IMG/VR virus record: IMGVR_UViG_3300046167_000685
Coordinates: 1 to 58,588 of that record
Reading direction: 5' to 3' (one strand)
Source: a virus
Lineage: Duplodnaviria; Caudoviricetes
DNA length: 58,588 nucleotides
Of the stretch, positions 39,200 through 47,377 are shown one piece after another (the stretch's first letter is position 1; each line of letters begins with the position of its first letter). A program made the position numbers and the translations under genes. The notes beneath the pieces are model-generated. The model saw only the letters and a list, made by a program, of their open reading frames with translations. It was not told the origin of the DNA and made no database searches.

Positions 39200-40431
39200 T
39201 GAATTTTTTTGCAGATCGAATGAAAGATTTTGCTCAGGCCGTGCAGCCTACTCAGGTTAGCCAAGTAACACCCTCTGGTAATACGAGGTCTGGGCAAGGC
39301 CGCGGCGAAGACTCCCCGAGCGCGGCCAGAGATGACCGAATAGCTTTTGAAGAGTTTAAAAAAACGACGGGCCGCTCTGATAGAAACCCTTATGGTGATG
39401 CGGGTCTTTTTGGATCAAGTGCTGACTATAGCAACAACATGAGTCAGGGCCAGATCGATAGAGTAAACAGACAAGCATACAACCAGTATTTGGGGCTTGT
39501 ATCTGGTCGGGGCACCCAAAGGGGCGGGCAAGGTGATTTAATCCCCGGTTATGCCCCGGCTCTAAAACTTGGTTCAGAAACCCCTAGCGGAACAGTGGTC
39601 GCGGCACCTAACCAACCGGAACCGGCAATGGGCGGTATCCTTAACTTTCTGCCGGGTGTTGGTATGCTTCAACGCTTGTTTCAAGGGTCTAACACCCCTC
39701 GGGTGTTGGACGATGGCGGTGTAAATTACAGTACGGAGGGCATTGAAACCTTGATGTCCCCCTCCGCAGCTCCGGTGGAGACAAGCAACATTGCAAGGTC
39801 TCCAACTTTAGTCAGCGCACAGCCCAGAAAGAACAATAAGTTTACGATCCCGTTTAACTTAGACCAAGTTCTTAGGGATGTTCCTAAAAGCGGTATTGGT
39901 AGATTTATTGAACAAGGCCAAGAGGGATTTCAACTCGGTCCGGGACGTCTCCAACCTAACATAAATGATGGCCGCTTTGGGTTTACTTACAAGATACCTA
40001 TTGCTCAGAAAGTTGCGATGTCCAATCCAAACATACAATCTCCCGAATCCGTACAAGATATGTCCGACGAAGATTTTATGAATCGTCAAGAAAAGTTCGG
40101 AGAAGCATATGATTTTCGTAGAGATAGAATGATGAGACAGGCTCTTAGGGATAAATATTTTGAAGGTCAGTCGGATGTAGGGGTGTTCACCCCGCCTCCC
40201 TCCCCTCGACCTTCTTACAAGTCTCAAACTCTTTTAAGCGATAGAAGAGAAACTATGCCGGAACAGTACGGAGGTTTTGCTGACCCGTTAGTCGGAGGTA
40301 CTCTTTCTGAGCAGTTAAACCGACAAGCACAAAGTCAAGCATTACAAAATCAGCCTCTGCCCGACACCTATTCACCCCGTCGAGTAGCACGAGAGTCGCT
40401 TCTGTCTGGAAGACCTTTTCAAGGAATTTAA
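39199..40431 (+). CDS. Hypothetical low-complexity protein, probably virion-associated
   Basis: 410 aa, coupled to the previous gene by TAATG. Confidence 0.55.
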   Translation: MNFFADRMKDFAQAVQPTQVSQVTPSGNTRSGQGRGEDSPSAARDDRIAFEEFKKTTGRSDRNPYGDAGLFGSSADYSNNMSQGQIDRVNRQAYNQYLGLVSGRGTQRGGQGDLIPGYAPALKLGSETPSGTVVAAPNQPEPAMGGILNFLPGVGMLQRLFQGSNTPRVLDDGGVNYSTEGIETLMSPSAAPVETSNIARSPTLVSAQPRKNNKFTIPFNLDQVLRDVPKSGIGRFIEQGQEGFQLGPGRLQPNINDGRFGFTYKIPIAQKVAMSNPNIQSPESVQDMSDEDFMNRQEKFGEAYDFRRDRMMRQALRDKYFEGQSDVGVFTPPPSPRPSYKSQTLLSDRRETMPEQYGGFADPLVGGTLSEQLNRQAQSQALQNQPLPDTYSPRRVARESLLSGRPFQGI

Positions 40432-41876
40432 ACTAACCAAGCCCTAGCCTTCTCGCCCAGCACCTGACCGGCGAGATTGATCTTGCCGCGTAGGGCTTTT
40501 AGGATCTTCTCGTCTATCGTGCCCGGCGATACCAGATCGATATATGTCACCTTGTTAGTCTGACTGATGCGGTGCGCCCGGTCCTCGGACTGTAAGCGCG
40601 TAGCAAGGTCATAGCTGTTGTTGTAGTAGATGACCGTATTAGCAGCAGTCAGCGTGATGCCCATACCGCCGGTCAACGGCTGGCCTACAAAGAAGCGCAG
40701 CTCGCTGTCCGGCTCTTGGAACCTGTCCACGATGGCCTGCCGCTCATCTTGTGGTGTGTCACCATAATAGGTTGCGACCGCTTCGGGCCCAAAGCGGTCG
40801 CGCAGGGCCGAAGCTATCTGTTGAATGCCGTGTGTATACGACGCCCAAATGATAGCTTTTCCCTGTAGCTCTTCTGTAATCTCCAGCAGCTCTTTCAGAC
40901 GATTGTTCTCGACGGGCTGTATCTCGCCCTCGTCCGGTTGCAAAAAACCACAGCATATCTGTTGTAGACGCATGATTTGCGTCAGGACGCTGGCAGTTGT
41001 AGCCAGCTCACCGTTTTCCAGCTTCGCCAGTGCCAGCTTCTTCATCTGACCGTACAGGCGCTTTTGTTCATCTGTTAGAGGCACGTCTCGCCGCGTGTAC
41101 AGCTTGTCTGGCAGGTCAAGGCAGTCCTCTTTCAGGACGCGGTTGCTAAACCGGTCCAGCCGCTCGTTGAGTTCATCAAGCCTGCGGTAGCCTACAATCT
41201 CTTGAAACGCCCGGTTGCCCATCTTACGGTTCTGAACAACGGCGTATCGGTTTTGGAAAGCAAAGTAACTCTTGAAGTTAAGCGCATCTTTAGACAGGAA
41301 GGCGCACTGGCTAAACAGGTCCATTGGGCTCTTAGTAATCGGCGAGCCGGTCAGGATGCGTTTGTACTTAGCGTAGTTTGACAACGTAAGAATATTCTTA
41401 GAGCGCGTTGCTTTACGATTTTTTATAGTCGTGCTCTCGTCTACAATCATCATGTTGTCCGGAAACTTTTGAAGAAAAGCAACCGCAGCTTTAGTTCCTC
41501 GCGACGTAGACAATGCCTCAACATTCATAACGAATATTCTCATCCCGCGGAACTCGCCAAACAGGAACTCCCACATCTCATCTTGGTATCTTTTTGTGAT
41601 GGCGGGCGTCCAACGCATGATCTGCCGGTCGATATGGTCTGGGAGATGTGTAGGTATTTCTCCTTTTACCCAGTTGTCATAGACGCCCTTCGGTGCCACT
41701 ATGAAGGCAGCATTGATCTTCTCCATCATGTGCAAGATGCCGATGGTATCAATAGCCACCTTGGACTTGCCTGTTCCCATCTCCATGAACAGCGCATAAT
41801 ACTCCGCGGCCCACGAATCTGTGAGTGCCTGCCTCTGGTGGTCAAACGGTTCAGTCTTGAACTTGTACTTTTTCAC
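40428..41876 (-). CDS. SNF2-family helicase
   Basis: MEMGTGKS, VDES, LTGSP, GGMGITLT, QSEDRAHR motifs; likely start is GTG at 41876 after a GGAGG RBS. Confidence 0.9.
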   Translation of the reverse strand: MKKYKFKTEPFDHQRQALTDSWAAEYYALFMEMGTGKSKVAIDTIGILHMMEKINAAFIVAPKGVYDNWVKGEIPTHLPDHIDRQIMRWTPAITKRYQDEMWEFLFGEFRGMRIFVMNVEALSTSRGTKAAVAFLQKFPDNMMIVDESTTIKNRKATRSKNILTLSNYAKYKRILTGSPITKSPMDLFSQCAFLSKDALNFKSYFAFQNRYAVVQNRKMGNRAFQEIVGYRRLDELNERLDRFSNRVLKEDCLDLPDKLYTRRDVPLTDEQKRLYGQMKKLALAKLENGELATTASVLTQIMRLQQICCGFLQPDEGEIQPVENNRLKELLEITEELQGKAIIWASYTHGIQQIASALRDRFGPEAVATYYGDTPQDERQAIVDRFQEPDSELRFFVGQPLTGGMGITLTAANTVIYYNNSYDLATRLQSEDRAHRISQTNKVTYIDLVSPGTIDEKILKALRGKINLAGQVLGEKARAWLV

Positions 41877-41886
41877 GATTTCCTCC

Positions 41887-41927
41887 TTGACTATGCGAAA
41901 ATATAGGCATATATACAGGTCTGTCAA
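41887..41927. promoter_or_regulatory. Overlapping divergent sigma70-type promoters
   Basis: Plus: TTGACT(41887)-17 nt-TATATA; minus: TTGACA(41927-41922)-16 nt-TATATT(41905-41900). Confidence 0.65.
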
Positions 41928-41966
41928 GACCCGATAGGCGTCTTTAATCACGAAAGAGGAATCACG

Positions 41967-42563
41967 ATGAGCGATATCTTTGAAGCTATGGAGGAGGACT
42001 TCGAAAAGAAGTTGAACACCTCCGTCGAGAAGCTCGATCAGAGCGACTTGAGTAGCGTAGCCGGTCTGGCTAAAGCAATCCGTGAACAAGAGGACTTTGT
42101 TGCAAGTCTTGAGGGCGACCTCAAAGCTGCGAAAAAGAAGCTCCTTAAGATGACGGATGAAGAGCTCCCAACTATGTTGGCCGAGATTGGTCTATCCAGC
42201 TTCAAACTGGATGACGGTTCCGAGGTCACAGTCAAGCAAACATATGGTGCATCTATTACTAATGGCACTAACGGCACTGTGGACAACCGTCCGCAGGCTT
42301 ACGCATGGCTGCGTGACAACGGTCACGGCGATCTGGTCAAGAATGTCATCTCCTGTCAATTCGGTATGGGGGAAGACGAAAAAGCCGAGAAGTTCCGCAG
42401 AATTGCAGAACAGAGCGGTTACACGGCTGAGCAGAATACATCTGTTCACTCGTCAACTCTACGCGCCTTTGTTAAGGAGCGTTGTGAAGCTGGCGACGAG
42501 TTCCCTATGGAATTGTTTGGGGCCTACGTCGGACAGAAAGCCATAATCAAGAGGAGCAATTAA
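41967..42563 (+). CDS. Replication-module hypothetical protein
   Basis: AYAWLRDNGHGDLVKN...VHSSTLRAFVKE; directly upstream of SSB. Confidence 0.75.
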   Translation: MSDIFEAMEEDFEKKLNTSVEKLDQSDLSSVAGLAKAIREQEDFVASLEGDLKAAKKKLLKMTDEELPTMLAEIGLSSFKLDDGSEVTVKQTYGASITNGTNGTVDNRPQAYAWLRDNGHGDLVKNVISCQFGMGEDEKAEKFRRIAEQSGYTAEQNTSVHSSTLRAFVKERCEAGDEFPMELFGAYVGQKAIIKRSN

Positions 42564-42566
42564 GCC

Positions 42567-43358
42567 ATGGCTGGTAAAAAAAATGAGGTTGCAGAGACCA
42601 AATCTGCGGAAGTAGTGCAATTCGATCCGACCATGTTCGAGGCAGATGCCGGAATGGGTCTGGAAAACATGGGCGCTGAAGATCTTGCGCTGCCGTTTCT
42701 GAAAATTCTGGGCGGTATGAGCAAGGAACTGGATGTATTGGAAGACGCTCGCAAAGGTGACATTTACAATACCGTCACTGGAGCCGTTTTAAAGGGCAAG
42801 GAGGGCGTTAGAGTCGTCCCGTGTGCCTACCAGCGTCGGTTCATCCGTTGGGCCCCTCTGGGCGAAGGGACGGGCGCTCCTGTGGCCGTCTACGCACCGG
42901 GCGAGGCCATGCCGAAGACGAAGCGGTCTACCGAGGACAATAAAGACTATGTCGAAGACGGTTCCGGTGACTACATAGAAGAGACGCACCAGCACTATGT
43001 GCTCGTGCTGCATGAGAACGGTCAGATAGAGACCGCGCTGGTTGCCATGAAGTCTACGCAGCTCAAGAAGTCGCGTAAGTGGAACAGCATGATCTCTTCC
43101 CTGACTGTGCAGGGCAAGAACGGCCCGTTCACCCCGCCACGCTTCAGCCACGTATACCTGCTGAAAACGCAACTCGAGGAGAACTCTAAGGGTAGCTGGC
43201 ACGGCTGGGAAATGAGCCGCGTCGGCCCAATCGAAGACATGGCAACTTACCAGCGTGGTAAGGACTTTGCCGCCAGCATTGCTGCCGGAGATGTCGTCGT
43301 GAAGCATCAGGACGAGTCCGCGAGCGGGGATATTAACCCCGACGACGTACCGTTCTAA
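42567..43358 (+). CDS. Single-stranded DNA-binding protein
   Basis: DLALPFLKIL, MKSTQLKKSRKWNSMI; acidic DDVPF C-terminal tail. Confidence 0.7.
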   Translation: MAGKKNEVAETKSAEVVQFDPTMFEADAGMGLENMGAEDLALPFLKILGGMSKELDVLEDARKGDIYNTVTGAVLKGKEGVRVVPCAYQRRFIRWAPLGEGTGAPVAVYAPGEAMPKTKRSTEDNKDYVEDGSGDYIEETHQHYVLVLHENGQIETALVAMKSTQLKKSRKWNSMISSLTVQGKNGPFTPPRFSHVYLLKTQLEENSKGSWHGWEMSRVGPIEDMATYQRGKDFAASIAAGDVVVKHQDESASGDINPDDVPF

Positions 43359-43363
43359 TCAGT

Positions 43364-43403
43364 TGGGGCGGCAGGCGTTTGCACGGTTTCACCTGTCGCC
43401 CCA
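43364..43403 (+). promoter_or_regulatory. 12-bp intergenic stem-loop without U-tract
   Basis: tggggcggcagg / cctgtcgcccca between SSB and primase. Confidence 0.5.
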
Positions 43404-43421
43404 TCCTTCACGGGGGCACAC

Positions 43422-44960
43422 ATGTCAGTTGATACTTTTTCAGCTATATTTGACGGGCTAAAGCTCGCCTATGGCACATATAAAATCGAAAAACAGCAGG
43501 CTAACGGTAAGAATACTGGTAGAGCTGCCATCATCCGCGAACCGCGGAACACGGCTCTTTGGGAGGGCCATCTGTCTGGTAAGGGCCGCGGCATTGGCAT
43601 CATCCCCATCAACGAGGACAACAAGTCTGTTTGGGGCTGCGTAGACGTTGACCAGTATCCGCTCGACCATAAGGTTCTAGTCGAGAAAATTCGTAAGCTG
43701 AAGCTGCCGCTTGTCGTCTGCCGGTCAAAGTCCGGCGGGGCGCATTGCTTCCTGTTCACCACCGAATGGGTGGATGCCAAGGACATGCAGGCCACGCTGC
43801 AACAAATCTCCGCTGCGCTGGGCTACGGCGGCAGCGAAATATTTCCAAAACAGATCAAGCTCAACCTTGACCGCGACGATGTCGGCAACTTTTTGAACCT
43901 GCCGTACTACGACGCCGAGGACGGGCTGCGCTACGCTATTAAAGACGACGGCACCTCTGCCACCCTCGAGGAGTTCTTTGCGCTCTACGAGAACTACAAG
44001 CAGACGCCCGAGCAACTGACGGCGCTACAGGTGGGCGATCCTGAAGAGGTATTACCCATGAAGGACGGCCCGCCGTGCCTTCAGTTCCTGCTCAAGAACA
44101 AGATATCCGAGGGTGGCCGCAACAACGGGCTGTTCAACATCGGCGTCTATCTGCGTAAGGCATACCCGGATAGCTGGGAATCGGAGATATTGACATACAA
44201 CATGCAGTATCTGGAGCCGCCGCTGCCGCTCAGCGAGGTCAACATCGTTGCCAAGCAGCTTGAGAAAAAAGACTACGCCTACCGGTGTAGCGACTCTCCA
44301 ATCAACGCGCACTGTAACAAGGACCTGTGTCAGACCCGCAAACATGGCATCGGTGCAGCCATCCAAGGCGCGGCAATCGCGAACCTTCGCAAGTATAACT
44401 CAAACCCGCCGGTCTGGTTTCTGGATGTAAATGGCGAGCCCGTCGAGCTGGATACAGAGGCTCTGATGAGCCAACCCGCGTTTCAAAAGTGCTGCATGGA
44501 GCAGCTTAACTTCATGCCCCGGTCTGTTAGCAAGCAGGTTTGGGAAGGCCGTATTGGCGGGCTAATGAACGAAATGCGGGACAATGAAAGCGCTATCATA
44601 GATGTTGCCGAAGACGCCAGCATCAACGGCCAGTTTTACAGCTATCTAGAAGAGTTCTGCGCCCATATGCAAAAGGCCAATGATAAGGAAGAAATATTGC
44701 TCAAGCGTCCATGGACGGATGAGGAGACCAATACGACACTCTTCCGTTTGAAGGATTTTGAGGCGTATCTCAAGCGCAACAAATTCTTTGAGTACAAACT
44801 GCACAAAATCGCCCAACGCCTACGCGACATGGGAGGTCAAAGCCGGGCTCTCCGTATTAAGGGGCGACTTGTTAAAGTTTGGGAAGTGCCTGCTTTCGAC
44901 GAAGCAGACGTAGACATTAAAACGCCATCCTTTGGCAGTGGTGAAGGAGCACCCTTCTGA
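43422..44960 (+). CDS. Primase (AEP-like with PriCT domain)
   Basis: WGCVDVD, RSKSGGAH, LNLPY; PPCL...EGGRNNGLF; Cys cluster. Confidence 0.75.
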   Translation: MSVDTFSAIFDGLKLAYGTYKIEKQQANGKNTGRAAIIREPRNTALWEGHLSGKGRGIGIIPINEDNKSVWGCVDVDQYPLDHKVLVEKIRKLKLPLVVCRSKSGGAHCFLFTTEWVDAKDMQATLQQISAALGYGGSEIFPKQIKLNLDRDDVGNFLNLPYYDAEDGLRYAIKDDGTSATLEEFFALYENYKQTPEQLTALQVGDPEEVLPMKDGPPCLQFLLKNKISEGGRNNGLFNIGVYLRKAYPDSWESEILTYNMQYLEPPLPLSEVNIVAKQLEKKDYAYRCSDSPINAHCNKDLCQTRKHGIGAAIQGAAIANLRKYNSNPPVWFLDVNGEPVELDTEALMSQPAFQKCCMEQLNFMPRSVSKQVWEGRIGGLMNEMRDNESAIIDVAEDASINGQFYSYLEEFCAHMQKANDKEEILLKRPWTDEETNTTLFRLKDFEAYLKRNKFFEYKLHKIAQRLRDMGGQSRALRIKGRLVKVWEVPAFDEADVDIKTPSFGSGEGAPF

Positions 44961-45535
44961 TGAAAGACCGTAACGACTACATTTACGAGCAGCGCGTAGT
45001 GCAGCTCCGCACCTATCAATCCATCGCAGATGAGGTGGGCCTGTGCCGCGAGCGTGTGCGCCAAATCGTAGTTGCCGTGTCTCAGCGCATTCGCTGGGAG
45101 CAAGAGATTGAAGCCCTGCCGGACAAGCCGGACAAGATGTGCCACCTCGTCCTGCCCCGCAGGGTCCGTAACTGCCTCAAGAACGAGTTCCTGTTCGACC
45201 TGACATTTGAGGAGTTTATCGAATACGCCGAGAATAAGAAGCTCGACAACATACCCAACCTCGGCAAGGGCAGTATCACGTTACTTGAAACGCGGCTCGC
45301 GGAGCAAGGTTATGTCCTGCCCAATCGACTACGTAACAAAGCCAGCCTGCTTCGTGATGCAGTCCAAACCAAGCGCGAAGTTCGGTACGCAAAGTATCGG
45401 CAGATTATGAAATGGCGAGAAGAGCGGCGCAGCATCAAATGGATCGCTTATGAAGTGGACATGAGCTACGGCGGTGTTGTTCAAATCATTCAACGCTTCC
45501 TTGCCAACCCCGAGGCCCTCGATGGAACAAAATAA
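44960..45535 (+). CDS. Transcription regulator: sigma70 region 4 HTH + RNAP alpha-CTD-like + HTH
   Basis: TYQSIADEVGLCRERVRQI; LPRRVRNCLKNE...IPNLGKGS; SIKWIAYEVDMSYGGVVQI. Confidence 0.65.
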   Translation: MKDRNDYIYEQRVVQLRTYQSIADEVGLCRERVRQIVVAVSQRIRWEQEIEALPDKPDKMCHLVLPRRVRNCLKNEFLFDLTFEEFIEYAENKKLDNIPNLGKGSITLLETRLAEQGYVLPNRLRNKASLLRDAVQTKREVRYAKYRQIMKWREERRSIKWIAYEVDMSYGGVVQIIQRFLANPEALDGTK

Positions 45536-47090
45536 AATATTCCGAATCTACGGCCCGCCCGGCACCGGTAAGACCACCGCGCTGCTCAACAAAGTGGACG
45601 AAGCTCTCAGTAACGGCGTAGATCCCGCGCATATCGGATACTTCGCTTTTACTCGTCAAGCCGCTAACGAGGCGATTGAACGTGCCTGTAAACGCTTTCA
45701 CCTCGAGCCCACGCAACTGCCATGGTTTCGTACACTGCACAGCTTTGCTCTGCGCCTGTCAGGCATACGCCAAGAACAAGTTATGCAGACAGAGCACTAC
45801 AAGGAGCTGGGCCACGCTATCGGGTTTGATCTGACTGCTGGCGGTCAAGGTATAAGTGAAGACGATGCTTTTGACCTGACCAAAAATGACAACCCTGTCA
45901 TCAGCCTAATCAATTTAGCTCGCCTTCGTAAAGTTCCGTTGCGTGAACAATACGACGAGAGCGGTATGGATATGGATTGGAACCGGGTGAAGTACATTTC
46001 CGACAGCCTGACAGAATACAAAAACAGGTTTCAGCTATATGACTTCACAGACATGCTAGAGGTGTTTGTGCGAGAAGGCGCAGATTTCTGCCCTCGTCTT
46101 GCCATCACCTTTATCGACGAGGCGCAGGATTTATCGCCATTGCAGTGGGACGTAGCTCATATACTCGAGAAACATTCCGAGCGCATCTACTGCGCCGGAG
46201 ATGACGACCAAGCGATTTACCGCTGGGCCGGTGCAGATGTAGAACACTTCATCAACCTCAACGGTGGATACGAGGTGCTCGAACAATCGCACCGCGTACC
46301 TGCTGCCGTCCACCCGCTGGCCGAGCGCATAGCCAAACGCATCCACCGCCGCGTCCCTAAAACCTACCTTCCCCGTAAGGACCCGGGGCTCGTGGAGCGC
46401 GTACCTGATGTAAACTATTTGGATTTTAATGATGGATCGTGGCTCGTGCTGGCACAGGCCGGTTACTTTTTAGCACCCGTGACCCAAGAACTCAAAAGCC
46501 GGGGCATCCTCTACAGCTATCGCGGACGAAGGTCCATTTCCGAAAAACTGAGTGAAGCCATCAACGGCTGGGAGCAAATGAGGAAGGGTCACCGAATAAC
46601 AGGCGTGGCCGCACGAGCCGTGTATAGTTATATGTCTGTCGGCGAGCGGGTCAAGCGCGGATTCAAAAAACTACCCGGACTTGATGACGATGAGCCAGTG
46701 TCACTGGATGAGCTGATCGCGCATCACGGCCTTATGGAACTGGTGCACATCATGGGCACCCCACGCATCGAGGAAAACATTCGGGACTGCATATGGCACG
46801 AAGCCATGGACAAGCTGCCCAGTGCCGACCGTGCGTACATCACGGCACTACTGCGCCGGGGCGAAAAGTTTAATGCCACGCCCCGCATTGAGCTGTCCAC
46901 GATTCACGGTTCCAAAGGCGGGGAAGCCGACAACGTCGTCCTGTTTACCGATCTATCCCCCGCAGCAGCAAAAGCCGCTGAGCAGTCCCCTGACGACCTG
47001 CACCGGGTGTTCTACGTAGGCGTCACGCGCACCAAGGAAAACCTGTATTTGGTGGACCCCGAAGATGACAACAGGAGCTACTTGATATGA
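45522..47090 (+). CDS. UvrD/Rep-like SF1 helicase
   Basis: GPPGTGKT, TLHS, IDEAQD, GDDDQAIY, STIHGSKGGE, YVGVTR. Confidence 0.9.
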   Translation: MEQNKIFRIYGPPGTGKTTALLNKVDEALSNGVDPAHIGYFAFTRQAANEAIERACKRFHLEPTQLPWFRTLHSFALRLSGIRQEQVMQTEHYKELGHAIGFDLTAGGQGISEDDAFDLTKNDNPVISLINLARLRKVPLREQYDESGMDMDWNRVKYISDSLTEYKNRFQLYDFTDMLEVFVREGADFCPRLAITFIDEAQDLSPLQWDVAHILEKHSERIYCAGDDDQAIYRWAGADVEHFINLNGGYEVLEQSHRVPAAVHPLAERIAKRIHRRVPKTYLPRKDPGLVERVPDVNYLDFNDGSWLVLAQAGYFLAPVTQELKSRGILYSYRGRRSISEKLSEAINGWEQMRKGHRITGVAARAVYSYMSVGERVKRGFKKLPGLDDDEPVSLDELIAHHGLMELVHIMGTPRIEENIRDCIWHEAMDKLPSADRAYITALLRRGEKFNATPRIELSTIHGSKGGEADNVVLFTDLSPAAAKAAEQSPDDLHRVFYVGVTRTKENLYLVDPEDDNRSYLI

Positions 47091-47377
47091 ACCGCAAAGA
47101 GGTCCTCGAGAAGGCAGAGAGCTTGGTCAACGGCCCAAGGGCCCAAGACTACGGCGATGCCTACGACAACCATGAGCGCATAGCCAACATGTGGTCCGTG
47201 TTGCTCGGGACAAACGTAAGTGTCTCACAAGTCTACCAATGTATGGTTGCGGTCAAGCTAGCAAGGCTTATAGTGACGCCAGACCACGAAGATAGCTGGG
47301 TAGATATTTGCGGCTACGGCGCACTAGGAGGAGAAGGCAATGGCCTTACAGATGGCGATGTTCGCACCAAAAAGTGA
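47087..47377 (+). CDS. DUF6378-like protein
   Basis: LVNGPRAQDYG...KLARL...DSWVDICGYGA. Confidence 0.7.
   Translation: MNRKEVLEKAESLVNGPRAQDYGDAYDNHERIANMWSVLLGTNVSVSQVYQCMVAVKLARLIVTPDHEDSWVDICGYGALGGEGNGLTDGDVRTKK

Noticed and set aside
41877-42089. N-terminal extension of the SNF2 helicase in the ORF track
   Set aside because: Overlaps the promoters and the opposite gene; GTG 41876 has a GGAGG RBS
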